The position numbers and the translations under genes were made by a program. Shown piece by piece: positions 30,577-39,813 of a stretch of DNA of 64,000 nucleotides. The stretch comes from a virus (lineage: Duplodnaviria > Caudoviricetes). Location of the stretch: the IMG/VR virus record IMGVR_UViG_3300037418_002332. One strand, written 5' to 3'. The notes beneath the pieces were generated by a model. The model worked only from the letters and a program-made list of their open reading frames with translations. It had not been told where the DNA came from and did no database searches. Numbering within the stretch: the first letter of the stretch is position 1; every line of letters begins with the position of its first letter.

Positions 30577-30771
30577 ATGTCGGTTGTTAATGCTGCTAAG
30601 CGCGAAAATGCTGAAGTCCAGGACCTGGTTCGTGACTTCGTTATGAACGGTGGAAAGATTTCTGTCGGCAAGTCGAAGCGTAAGCTTCCCAAGTATCTCC
30701 GCTACAATGGTGCTACCGCCAACGGTAAGAATCATGCTCCGACTTTCAATCCTCTGAAGCACGCTGTCTGA
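30577..30771 (+). CDS. Small basic hypothetical protein
   Basis: ATG after GCGGAG; DFVMNGGKI motif; biased codon usage. Confidence 0.6.
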   Translation: MSVVNAAKRENAEVQDLVRDFVMNGGKISVGKSKRKLPKYLRYNGATANGKNHAPTFNPLKHAV

Positions 30772-30791
30772 GAATTGCGAACACTATATAA

Positions 30792-30817
30792 AGGGTGTCA
30801 GCTTCGGTTGACACCCT
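30792..30817 (+). terminator. Stable UUCG hairpin (terminator or stability element)
   Basis: AGGGTGTCAGC-TTCG-GTTGACACCCT; weak U tract. Confidence 0.65.
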
Positions 30818-30839
30818 AAATCTTTAGGGGAATCGCGTT

Positions 30840-31247
30840 GTGAGTAGACATCGTCGTCATATTGACGAACTTTTCATGATAGCTCAAGATGTTGCGCCGA
30901 TCTCTGGATCGAGAATCGCAGCAAAGATAACAATTAACAACAAAGAAGTTGGTTTCGGCGTCAACAGTTATAAGACCGATCCACTTCAGAAGAAATATGG
31001 CAAGAATGACGATGCAATTTGCATCCACGCTGAAATTCTTGCCATTAAGAACTCATTCCGTAGAATTGAAAGGGATGAATTCAAAAACGCAACTCTCTAT
31101 ATTGCGAGAGCCAAGCGTGATAGTGACAACAAGAATTATGTTTTTGGTATGGCTCGTCCCTGTAAGGGTTGTATGCGGGCAATAGCTGCCTTTGAGTTTT
31201 CAAGGGTTGTTTATACATGTGAAAATGGAGAGATCGATATATTTTGA
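30840..31247 (+). CDS. Zn-dependent cytidine/dCMP deaminase-family protein
   Basis: HAE ... PCKGC motifs. Confidence 0.88.
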   Translation: MSRHRRHIDELFMIAQDVAPISGSRIAAKITINNKEVGFGVNSYKTDPLQKKYGKNDDAICIHAEILAIKNSFRRIERDEFKNATLYIARAKRDSDNKNYVFGMARPCKGCMRAIAAFEFSRVVYTCENGEIDIF

Positions 31248-31296
31248 GTGCAGTGAAAAGTTTCTCTAAAACATAAAAACAAAGGGAGAAAACTTT

Positions 31297-32490
31297 TTGT
31301 CAACCGTAGAAGAATTACATGAAGCATTTGAAGCATACATTAGATATGGGTCCTACACAAAAGCTGCGAAAAAGCTTGGTATTGATTCAAGAACCGTAAA
31401 GCGTCGCGCTGTCAAATACGAAAACAGTCCTGAATATTCCACTTTCCGTCAAAACTGTCTCGACACTGGAACTGATCCAAACAAGGTTGCATATTATTGG
31501 TTAAAGACCGATGATGTGTCCTTGTTAATCAAGAACAACTCAATTCCAACATATGACGAAATCCGTGACGAAATGATTGCGGAATTCAAGAACCATGCTC
31601 CAGTTTACACACCAATCGTTCGCTCAAATGATGATGGTGAGCATTTGTTAGTTGTTGATCCTGCTGATATCCACATTGGTAAATATTCAAAGATTCATGA
31701 AACTGGTGCAGATTATAATATTGAAACAGCTGTGGAAAGAGTCCGCAAAGGCGTGACTTCATTGTTGACCAAGGCTGTTGGTTTTGGTGTAAAGAAAATT
31801 GTATTCGTCATTGGTAATGACGTTCTGCACATTGATTCACCTCATCGCAAAACGACAGCAGGAACTCCCCAAGACACTGATGGTCAATGGTGGGAAATGT
31901 TTCTCGAAGCCAAGAAATGCTACATTGCGGCCATTGAAGAAATGACCCAGGTTGCTGATGTCCATGTTGTGTTCTGCCCATCAAACCACGATTACACATC
32001 TGGTTGGATGTTGGCTGATACAATTTCATCATGGTTCAGAAACAATCGCAATGTTTCGTTCGGATTAAACAATCGCAATGTTTCAATCTCACATCGTAAG
32101 TATGTTGAGTATGGAAACAATATCATTGGCTTCACCCATGGTGATGGTGCCAAGGAAAAAGATCTTCCAACATTGATGCAATTCGAAGCACGTGAAGCTT
32201 GGGGACGTGCAAAACATGCTTATTGGTATGTCCATCACACCCATCACAAGAATCGTGCAACTTTAGGCTTGAATGCACAGAAGCTTGAAAAAGACCATAT
32301 TGGTATCACTGTTCTTGAAACTGGTAAATCAATTGATCCAGTCAATAACATTTACATTGAAACTGTTCGTTCGCCTTCACCAGCTGATGGATGGCATGAT
32401 CGCAATGGCTACAAAAATTCTCAAGCGATTGAAGCATTCCTGCATCATCCAACTGATGGTCAAGTTGCAAGATTCACGCATTTCTTCTAA
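31297..32490 (+). CDS. N-terminal HTH plus metallophosphoesterase (DNA repair exonuclease-like)
   Basis: YTKAAKKLGIDSRTVKR HTH; DIHIG, GND, SNHD, THGD and HHTHH motifs. Confidence 0.8.
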   Translation: MSTVEELHEAFEAYIRYGSYTKAAKKLGIDSRTVKRRAVKYENSPEYSTFRQNCLDTGTDPNKVAYYWLKTDDVSLLIKNNSIPTYDEIRDEMIAEFKNHAPVYTPIVRSNDDGEHLLVVDPADIHIGKYSKIHETGADYNIETAVERVRKGVTSLLTKAVGFGVKKIVFVIGNDVLHIDSPHRKTTAGTPQDTDGQWWEMFLEAKKCYIAAIEEMTQVADVHVVFCPSNHDYTSGWMLADTISSWFRNNRNVSFGLNNRNVSISHRKYVEYGNNIIGFTHGDGAKEKDLPTLMQFEAREAWGRAKHAYWYVHHTHHKNRATLGLNAQKLEKDHIGITVLETGKSIDPVNNIYIETVRSPSPADGWHDRNGYKNSQAIEAFLHHPTDGQVARFTHFF

Positions 32491-32495
32491 GGAAT

Positions 32496-32527
32496 GACTT
32501 TACTTAATGCGGCGGCCAATATAATGT
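32496..32527 (+). promoter_or_regulatory. Putative host sigma70-type (early) promoter
   Basis: GACTTTACTTA shared with 33675; TTTACT-N17-TAATGT, with TATAAT nearby. Confidence 0.55.
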
Positions 32528-32551
32528 ATCTTCGGTAAATGGAGACAAAAT

Positions 32552-33340
32552 ATGGCCGCCGCAATTTCCAATATCACAAAATATAATGAGCGCATGCGTC
32601 GAGGAATGCTCGACAAGACGTTCTTTCTCCATCAAGTCAACGCCACGTCATATTTTGATTATGGCTGTGCTGACGGCTCAACTCTCGAGTTCATTGCTCA
32701 CCTTTTCCCTGAACATCATTTCTTTGGTTACGATATCGATCCCAAGATGATCGAATTGGCCAATGCCAAAAACATTCGCAACGCATTTTTCTCAACTGAC
32801 TTCAATGAATTGCTAACAAAGAGCCGGGAAGTGGGCGGTGAATGCTGCCTCATTCTCAATTCGTTGATTCATGAGATTTATTCATATCTCGATCAAAATG
32901 GAATTGATGAATTTTGGGATCGTGTTTTGAACAGTGGTTTCCAATACATCTCAATTCGTGATATGTGCACCAGTCTGACGGTTGAACAAGAAGACCCAGC
33001 GGAAGTTAATAAAATTCGTGAACATGCTGATCGACATTTGCTTGCTGATTTCGAGGATAAATACGGAAGCATCAGCAAAGTGAAGAATTTGGTTCATTAT
33101 ATCCTGAAGTGTCGATATGGAGATAATTGGGAACGTGAACTCAATGAAGATTATCTGAAATGCGACGAAACTGAATTGATGAGCCGTATTGGCGTTTTCA
33201 ATCAGGACAAATACAAATTCATTCATAATGAACGATTCATCTTGCCGTTCATCAAACAATTCGCAAAGACCGAATTCAATTACGACTTGATTGACAGAAC
33301 TCACGTCAAAATCATATTGGGGAAGAAGCTTGGTAAATAA
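32552..33340 (+). CDS. Class I SAM-dependent methyltransferase
   Basis: FDYGCADGS, GYDID and NSLIHEIYSY motifs. Confidence 0.8.
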   Translation: MAAAISNITKYNERMRRGMLDKTFFLHQVNATSYFDYGCADGSTLEFIAHLFPEHHFFGYDIDPKMIELANAKNIRNAFFSTDFNELLTKSREVGGECCLILNSLIHEIYSYLDQNGIDEFWDRVLNSGFQYISIRDMCTSLTVEQEDPAEVNKIREHADRHLLADFEDKYGSISKVKNLVHYILKCRYGDNWERELNEDYLKCDETELMSRIGVFNQDKYKFIHNERFILPFIKQFAKTEFNYDLIDRTHVKIILGKKLGK

Positions 33341-33698
33341 GAACTCACCTTGGTACAAAGAAACCGAACCTGAAAAAGTTGAACCATTGCCGCAAGAACA
33401 GGAAGCAATTTTCACATTTGAGTTTAACAACATTGACGATCTCACAAAATTTCTCGACTTTTCAGGGGAATTGAGATCACTTGTTGAAAACGGTGAATTG
33501 TCAAAGCTTGAACAAGAGATCAAGGAAGCTGCCAATCGACCATTGGTGTATTGGTGTTTGAACTACGATCCAAAGTTTGACAAGGTTGAAATCATTTATG
33601 ATGATCTCATTGAAGATTGGGTCCGAGTTCATTCCTCAAAAAGACTCAATTTTTTGGAATTTTCTTTGAAAAGGGACTTTACTTATCCAACGGAATAG
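33330..33698 (+). CDS. Hypothetical protein
   Basis: ORF overlapping the methyltransferase stop; TTG start estimated. Confidence 0.55.
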   Translation: MVNKNSPWYKETEPEKVEPLPQEQEAIFTFEFNNIDDLTKFLDFSGELRSLVENGELSKLEQEIKEAANRPLVYWCLNYDPKFDKVEIIYDDLIEDWVRVHSSKRLNFLEFSLKRDFTYPTE

Positions 33699-33706
33699 GC
33701 TATACT
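33677..33706 (+). promoter_or_regulatory. Sigma70-type (early) promoter
   Basis: TTTACT-N17-TATACT, also readable as CTTTAC-N17-CTATAC. Confidence 0.75.
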
Positions 33707-33742
33707 GTTTGTATATGATGAGCTGAAAGAGAGAAACCTAAA

Positions 33743-35275
33743 ATGTCTTCCTCCTCTAATGCGCCTGTGAAGTCTACTCCTGAGCAAGAAGCCTACATGA
33801 ATTTCTTCCTCGATCCCACCGAGAAGCGTTCCGGTGTTGTGATCGCCGTTGCCGGTTCAGGCAAAACCACTACCATTCTTTCCCCTCTCGATGACAAGCG
33901 TCTCGCCGGCAAGACCGTTGCGATGATCGCATTCAACAAGTCAATCGCCGGTGAGATCAAGGAAAAGCTCGCGAAGCGCGGCATCCCTTCGAACCGTGTT
34001 GAAGCCGGTACTTGCCACTCCTTCGGTCTTCGTGCTTATTCTGACGGCAACGGTCGTCCTCAGGTTGAAGGCAACAAGGTCTTCAAAATCACCGAAGATT
34101 ACTTCGCGAATCATGGTGAGCTTCCTTTCGTGATGAAGCCGATGGTTCGTAAGTTGGTTTCGATGGGTAAGCAGAACCTTGCCGGAATCGCCTTTCAGTT
34201 CAATGATATCGCAAAGTGGTGCGATTTTATCTATCACTACGATATCAATACTTCCGATGCGATTATGGATGAGGAAATCGCCAAGGTTGCGATCGAAGTT
34301 CTCCGTATCTCGAACAATCAGCGGAAGGTCATCGACTTCGACGATATGATCTATCTTCCTATCCTCCAGAACCTGAAGTTTCAGAAATATGACTATGTCG
34401 TGATCGATGAAGCTCAAGATACCAATCCTGCCCGTCGTGAAATGGCGAAGCGTATGTTGGACCCTGAGACTGGTCGCTTGATGGCTGTTGGTGACGACAA
34501 GCAGGCGATCTACGGTTTCACTGGTGCTGGTGCTGATTCTCTGGAGCAGATCAAGAGGGATTTCGGCGCCACCGAAATGTCGCTGACCTACTGCTTCCGT
34601 TCCGGCAAGAAGATCGTTGAGTTCGCTAAGCAGTGGAATGAGAAGATTCAGCCTGCTCCGAACGCGATCGACGGCGAAGTGTCGAACCTTGAGATGGAGA
34701 AGTTCTACGCCGAGGAACTCACGGCCGAAAAGGTTATGCTTTGCCGTAACACCAAGCCTCTGATTGAGGTTGCCTTCACTCTGATCCGTAAGGGCATCCC
34801 GGCTTATGTTGAGGGACGCGATATCGGTGAGGGCCTGAAGAAGCTGGCCACCCGCTGGAAAATCAAGCGTATCGACCAGCTGATCGACAAGCTGGAGGCT
34901 TTCAAGGCTCGTGAGCTCAAGAAGGCTCGTGACAAGAATGATGATAGCAAGGTCCAGTTCGTTGAGGATCAGGTTGCTACGCTGATGGTTATCATCGACC
35001 GATGCCAGAATGCTAAGCGTCATCTTATCGATGATGTGGTCGCTGAGATCAATATCCTTTTCCGGGATACGGATGAAGGTCAGCGTCCCGCTTGCTTCAC
35101 CCTCTCGACGATCCATAAGTCGAAGGGTCGCGAGTGGAATACGGTTTACTGGCTGGACCGTCTTGGTACCCTTCCTTCGAAGTATGCTAAGCAGGCCTGG
35201 CAGCTTCAGCAGGAAAGCAACCTGTGCTACGTCGCGGCAACCCGCGCGAAGCAGAAGCTGATCGAGGTTGCGTAA
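33743..35275 (+). CDS. UvrD/Rep-family SF1 helicase
   Basis: AVAGSGKTT, IDEAQD, GDDKQAIYGF, TIHKSKGREW and YVAATRA motifs. Confidence 0.93.
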   Translation: MSSSSNAPVKSTPEQEAYMNFFLDPTEKRSGVVIAVAGSGKTTTILSPLDDKRLAGKTVAMIAFNKSIAGEIKEKLAKRGIPSNRVEAGTCHSFGLRAYSDGNGRPQVEGNKVFKITEDYFANHGELPFVMKPMVRKLVSMGKQNLAGIAFQFNDIAKWCDFIYHYDINTSDAIMDEEIAKVAIEVLRISNNQRKVIDFDDMIYLPILQNLKFQKYDYVVIDEAQDTNPARREMAKRMLDPETGRLMAVGDDKQAIYGFTGAGADSLEQIKRDFGATEMSLTYCFRSGKKIVEFAKQWNEKIQPAPNAIDGEVSNLEMEKFYAEELTAEKVMLCRNTKPLIEVAFTLIRKGIPAYVEGRDIGEGLKKLATRWKIKRIDQLIDKLEAFKARELKKARDKNDDSKVQFVEDQVATLMVIIDRCQNAKRHLIDDVVAEINILFRDTDEGQRPACFTLSTIHKSKGREWNTVYWLDRLGTLPSKYAKQAWQLQQESNLCYVAATRAKQKLIEVA

Positions 35276-35296
35276 TCTTTCAGCCGAACTAAGTAG

Positions 35297-35326
35297 TGGC
35301 GCTGGGGATGAAAGTTCCTGGCGCCA
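35297..35326 (+). terminator. Hairpin after the UvrD-like gene
   Basis: TGGCGCTGGGGAT-GAAA-GTTCCTGGCGCCA with G-U pairs. Confidence 0.65.
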
Positions 35327-35347
35327 TCATTTGTTGAAAGGTGTTTA

Positions 35348-35545
35348 ATGGATTTCTTCGTTTATTTTTCTATCTGGTATTTCACAACCGGCTTGATCTT
35401 CGCGGTCACTTGTCTAGTCCTAACAGAAGACATTGGTGATAGAAAGCGAGACGCTCGATATTGGATCACCCAATTCCCGTTGTTAGTGATTATCTGGCTT
35501 TATGTGTTTTTGACTCTTATCTCAGTATGGATGCGTTCTGAATGA
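35348..35545 (+). CDS. Small membrane protein
   Basis: Two hydrophobic segments. Confidence 0.6.
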   Translation: MDFFVYFSIWYFTTGLIFAVTCLVLTEDIGDRKRDARYWITQFPLLVIIWLYVFLTLISVWMRSE

Positions 35546-36195
35546 CCAACTTGCCTAATCCGATTGATGAATGCTTGATCATTCCGACTTCGTACAAAAC
35601 TCATATTCGCGCTTTGTATAATAATCCAAATCGAGTTTATCATAATACGGAACACATTTGTAAAATTTGGCATTATTATCTGAACAATAATCCAGGTCAT
35701 CACAGTTGGCATGAAAGAATTAAGATCACAACAATTTTCCATGATGTGATCTACAATGTTGGTTCATCAACCAATGAAATTGATTCAGCCAATTATATGC
35801 TCACCGTTCTTGGTTTGAATACAATGGCCGGAACTCCTCGGTATCAAGCACCAGCAGGTGTATTTGCTGAAATTTATGATACAATCATAGCAACCTGTGA
35901 TCATACATTGGCTGAAAATTCTGATTTGCCTGAATGGTCCAAAATGTTTCTGGATTTGGATTTGTTCGAACTTGGTTCCAGTCAAAACGTTTACGATGAA
36001 AACACTTTGAAAATCGCAGCTGAATATATGTCTAAATACTCTAAGGTGGAGATGCTTGCTGCTCGTAAACGTTGGGTCGTTAAAATGCTTGATGCTCCAA
36101 AAATATTTTGGCACTTTACTGACCGTGAAAACCAGGCTAGGTTAAATCTCGAGCATAGTTTGAAAGCTCTAGAATCAGTTGACTCAACACTTTGA
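35542..36195 (+). CDS. HD-superfamily metal-dependent phosphohydrolase
   Basis: RVYHNTEHI, FHDVIY, NEIDSA and LDLDL motifs. Confidence 0.8.
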   Translation: MTNLPNPIDECLIIPTSYKTHIRALYNNPNRVYHNTEHICKIWHYYLNNNPGHHSWHERIKITTIFHDVIYNVGSSTNEIDSANYMLTVLGLNTMAGTPRYQAPAGVFAEIYDTIIATCDHTLAENSDLPEWSKMFLDLDLFELGSSQNVYDENTLKIAAEYMSKYSKVEMLAARKRWVVKMLDAPKIFWHFTDRENQARLNLEHSLKALESVDSTL

Positions 36196-37268
36196 AGGAT
36201 TATTCAATGAAGCATGAATACAATTATGAGTTTTCGGCAAACTCAAGCACCAGTCATATGATGATAATGAGATTGACGAATGAGGTTTTGAACGGTGAAA
36301 AGCATATCGTTATGTCAGCAGGGTCCTGGGACCTTGAAAATAACGATTTGGTGGAGTACATTGTAGGTCTTGAACCAGACCTCAAGGTGAATTATGCTTC
36401 GAGTGCTGAGGCTGTTGTGTATGGTTCGAATGATTGGTTTGCATTAATTAGTTTCCGTATGTCTTCATATGCTGATCCTTATTACCAGCCAACGTCATGC
36501 GTAGCGAGTGTCGCATTCCACGCAAGGACTTACCAAAAAGCCTTCGATATGGCCCATGCCTTTGATATAAAATTTGAACCGGACAAGGTGGATGAAAATA
36601 CCAATACAAATTGGGCAAGTTTGAACCCAAAGGGTGAAATCTCTTATACGACTTTGAACCTTAAGAAGTTTGAAACGTTCTATCCTGAATTTTATCCATA
36701 CATTCGTGGTGGTGACGTTGACGGTTATATCGATGATTTTATCAAATCAAAGTCCAGTATCCTAATTTTGATTGGCGATCCTGGGTTGGGCAAATCAAGC
36801 CTTATCAATTATCTGCTTCAACGCGCCAAATGGTCCTCAGTGGTTGCGTACGATGAATATGTGATGTCAATGGATTCATTCTATATTGATTTCGTTTCAA
36901 GTCACCGTAAGGCTATGATTCTTGAGGACGCGGATATCTTGTTGGCTGGTCGTGCTGAGGCTGGTAACAAAACGATGTCCAAAATTCTGAATGTGTCTGA
37001 CGGCATTATTGATTCAGGTAAGAAATATATTTTCTCAGCAAACCTTCAAAACATTTCTGATATCGATGATGCGTTGCGTCGTCCCGGTCGGTGTTTTGAT
37101 ATTTTGAACTTCCGTCCTTTGAATAAGGATGAAGCACTAGTGGCTGCGAAAGCCATTGGAAAGGATTTGCCTTTCCAAAATACCAGATATACAATGGCAG
37201 AAATATTCAACAGCAAAAGCGACGATGATAACGTCGTATCAATAAGAAGAAAAGTAGGATTTACATGA
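36192..37268 (+). CDS. AAA ATPase with N-terminal domain
   Basis: GDPGLGKS, ILEDAD, ILNVSDG and DALRRPGRCFD motifs. Confidence 0.85.
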   Translation: MKDYSMKHEYNYEFSANSSTSHMMIMRLTNEVLNGEKHIVMSAGSWDLENNDLVEYIVGLEPDLKVNYASSAEAVVYGSNDWFALISFRMSSYADPYYQPTSCVASVAFHARTYQKAFDMAHAFDIKFEPDKVDENTNTNWASLNPKGEISYTTLNLKKFETFYPEFYPYIRGGDVDGYIDDFIKSKSSILILIGDPGLGKSSLINYLLQRAKWSSVVAYDEYVMSMDSFYIDFVSSHRKAMILEDADILLAGRAEAGNKTMSKILNVSDGIIDSGKKYIFSANLQNISDIDDALRRPGRCFDILNFRPLNKDEALVAAKAIGKDLPFQNTRYTMAEIFNSKSDDDNVVSIRRKVGFT

Positions 37269-37486
37269 AAAACGTTTATTGGGTTGCCGTTCTAGGCATC
37301 CTAATTCTAGCAGGAAGCATGAAAATTTTTGACCAAGGAAATCAGATCAAGGAGCTCACTAAGCAACCATCGCTTAGTGACCCTTGTGAAAAGAACAGAT
37401 GTAAGGATAAAGTCAAGATAACTTTTGAAGCTCCTTCATCTAAAATATTGAAGGATTACTTTAGGAGTTTGCAACATCATGATTAA
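37265..37486 (+). CDS. Possible inner-membrane spanin
   Basis: N-terminal TM helix; overlaps a lipoprotein gene. Confidence 0.4.
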   Translation: MKNVYWVAVLGILILAGSMKIFDQGNQIKELTKQPSLSDPCEKNRCKDKVKITFEAPSSKILKDYFRSLQHHD

Positions 37487-37925
37487 ATATGCAGCATTGG
37501 CGCTGTCTGTCGTATTGGCAGGCTGCGTTACAAACACATCAGACGATTATCAGACGGTTTATAGACAACCATCCACCAATATTGTTTTGCCAGCACCAAG
37601 AATTGTTGACAAGCAACATACGGCAACGAAAGTTGCAGAAAAACCAAAACCAAAGACAAGGGTCGTAGAGAAGATCGTAACCGTTCCAGTGCCTTCTGAA
37701 AAGCCTGTCAACCCTAATCCATTGGTAGTTGACCCAAAGCTTTTGGATTGTCCGTTGGTGGAAACTTTCCCTAATCCTGACACCTTGACTGATACGCAGG
37801 TCAAGGCAGTTTTGCAACAATTGATTGATCTAAACAAAACCTGTCATTACAATTCAATTCAGGTTAAGGCAAAGATTGACCAATATAACAAATATCTTGA
37901 AATGGGAGACAAATTTGATGGCTGA
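37479..37925 (+). CDS. Lipoprotein, possible outer-membrane spanin
   Basis: LAGC lipobox, Pro-rich linker, LLDCP ... TC C-terminal Cys pair. Confidence 0.55.
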   Translation: MIKYAALALSVVLAGCVTNTSDDYQTVYRQPSTNIVLPAPRIVDKQHTATKVAEKPKPKTRVVEKIVTVPVPSEKPVNPNPLVVDPKLLDCPLVETFPNPDTLTDTQVKAVLQQLIDLNKTCHYNSIQVKAKIDQYNKYLEMGDKFDG

Positions 37926-38094
37926 TTGGAAAGGAACAAGAGTCAGTATTCAAATTATGGATATGGATTTGAAATCAGTATATTCGGAAAAAGTGTTGCT
38001 TGATACTGATACGATGAATGATTTGTTTGATCGATTTAATCCTGGCGAACATATCTATTCTATCATTCGTTTACGCGAAAATTTGGACAAATAA
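37918..38094 (+). CDS. Small hypothetical protein
   Basis: ATG overlapping the lipoprotein stop. Confidence 0.55.
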   Translation: MADWKGTRVSIQIMDMDLKSVYSEKVLLDTDTMNDLFDRFNPGEHIYSIIRLRENLDK

Positions 38095-38120
38095 AAAGGG
38101 GAGCCATGGCTCCCCTTTTT
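38093..38120. terminator. Bidirectional terminator
   Basis: Perfect 28-nt palindrome AAAAAGGGGAGCCATGGCTCCCCTTTTT between convergent genes. Confidence 0.92.
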
Positions 38121-38122
38121 AG

Positions 38123-39028
38123 TTACTTTATTGGGCGACGCGCATATTTTCCTGAAGAACTGTAATTTGGGAAAGCATTAGGGAAGCTCTTTTTCTGATC
38201 CACAATAATGCCTCTCTTTTCCAATCCTTCCTTATCATCATAATAGATGCACAAAATATTATCCGGATTCTTATTGAAAGTGCTGTAATCAGTAACAACT
38301 GCTGATTCAGTTTCAGCGCCCCAACCTGTACCCAGATTGTTTTGTGGTGCAGGTGCGGCAGCAGCCATAGCAATTGGAGCGTTTGATCCAACAACAGCAG
38401 TTGAGGTATGTATAGCATTCAATTCAGATGATTGAATCGGAGCACTTGCATTGAAACTGGTTGTTTCAGTTGTCAACCAGTCACCAGTTGTTGCTACAAA
38501 TGTATTATCATACTCAGTTGCACTAACTCCTGGTGAAAGAAGTGAAGTGCCTCTACCAACTGAAGTTCCAACGCCATTAGTTGAATACCAAACACCTGCC
38601 GGAGAAGTTGTAGGTACGAATGTCAAATTGCTGTAATATGTTGGTTTCACTTCTTCAGCAAATACCATGATGCCGATAACACCAATGTTCTTATTATCTT
38701 CACCCATCTTCGCATTGTAGGACTTGCCTTTGCCTGAGAAGTAGAACTTGTTGACCGCAGTGTCAGAAACTCTCCAACCTTCAATTTCAATGGTTGAATA
38801 AGGATGGATGACGTAACCTTGGCTTTCTGCGCCGGCTGGTTTACCATCCATGACTGACAGGCCGTCAACGCTCATGACAACCTTTACTTTTTGCCAGCCG
38901 CGATTTCTGACTTCGATGGTGAAATCTGACTTCTTGCGTCCTTCAACGAAAAAATTGCCTTCATGGTAATATTCCTTCAGTGGTTTACCACCGACTTTTA
39001 CGATTAGATCTTGATTACCCAATTGCAT
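38123..39028 (-). CDS. Conserved hypothetical protein, partner of vWA gene
   Basis: VMSVDGLSVMDG, GYV, EGWR and IGVIG motifs; S/T/A-rich linker. Confidence 0.8.
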   Translation of the reverse strand: MQLGNQDLIVKVGGKPLKEYYHEGNFFVEGRKKSDFTIEVRNRGWQKVKVVMSVDGLSVMDGKPAGAESQGYVIHPYSTIEIEGWRVSDTAVNKFYFSGKGKSYNAKMGEDNKNIGVIGIMVFAEEVKPTYYSNLTFVPTTSPAGVWYSTNGVGTSVGRGTSLLSPGVSATEYDNTFVATTGDWLTTETTSFNASAPIQSSELNAIHTSTAVVGSNAPIAMAAAAPAPQNNLGTGWGAETESAVVTDYSTFNKNPDNILCIYYDDKEGLEKRGIIVDQKKSFPNAFPNYSSSGKYARRPIK

Positions 39029-39030
39029 GA

Positions 39031-39813
39031 TTATTCTCCCATTTCAGTCTTTTCAGCGTCAGTGTAAACTGCGTTTGATTCATAGATAGCTTGACCAGTG
39101 ATACCTGATGATCTCAATGATTTCATACGTGACAAACTTGAACTCATTGATTGATAAGTGCTTGCAGTTTTTGAAGTTGAATAGTTGCTTACAGCTGCGG
39201 TATTGATACCGATGCTATGTGCTTCACTGAATGAATCAACATTTGCCCCAACGTATGAAACAATCCAATCAGCCTTTTCACATGATTGAAGCATTTCCTT
39301 GATACGTTCACGATTGAACTTACGTGATTGATTTTCTTGACCATCGGTGATGATTTGGATAAAGATTGAAGGACGATCACGCTTTCTTGACTTGGTTGCC
39401 AAAAGTGCGTTTGCCTTTTCAATTGTATATCCAACAGCATCCAAAAGGTTGGTGCCGCCGCGTGGTGAGTAATCTCTGAATTCACCCAATGAAGTTGCTT
39501 GAACACCATCGATTGGAGTCAAGATATTTCCGCCTTCAAACTTGATGACAGTTATCTTAGTACCATCGTTGTCTTTTGCTTGACTTTTGATGAGAGTATT
39601 GACGCCACCAATTGTATCCTTTGTCAAATCGGACATGGAACCTGATTCATCCAAAAGTAGAAAGTAATGGAACCCATTGGTGCCGGCCTTCTTAGCTTTG
39701 AATGGTTTTGATGCAACCGGAGCAGGTGCTGCCGTTACAGGTTGTACAAAAGTAATTGATTGGTGAAAATTTGGGAATGCGTTTGGAAGTGTAGTTGTGA
39801 TATGTCTGACCAT
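39031..39813 (-). CDS. vWA-domain protein
   Basis: LLDESGSM, RGGTNLLDA and ITDGQEN MIDAS motifs. Confidence 0.88.
   Translation of the reverse strand: MVRHITTTLPNAFPNFHQSITFVQPVTAAPAPVASKPFKAKKAGTNGFHYFLLLDESGSMSDLTKDTIGGVNTLIKSQAKDNDGTKITVIKFEGGNILTPIDGVQATSLGEFRDYSPRGGTNLLDAVGYTIEKANALLATKSRKRDRPSIFIQIITDGQENQSRKFNRERIKEMLQSCEKADWIVSYVGANVDSFSEAHSIGINTAAVSNYSTSKTASTYQSMSSSLSRMKSLRSSGITGQAIYESNAVYTDAEKTEMGE

Noticed and set aside
32951-33535. 194-aa minus-strand ORF
   Set aside because: Antisense to two plausible sense genes; no motifs.
33941-35116. 391-aa minus-strand ORF
   Set aside because: Antisense shadow of the GC-rich UvrD-like gene; no recognisable motifs, RBS or promoter.
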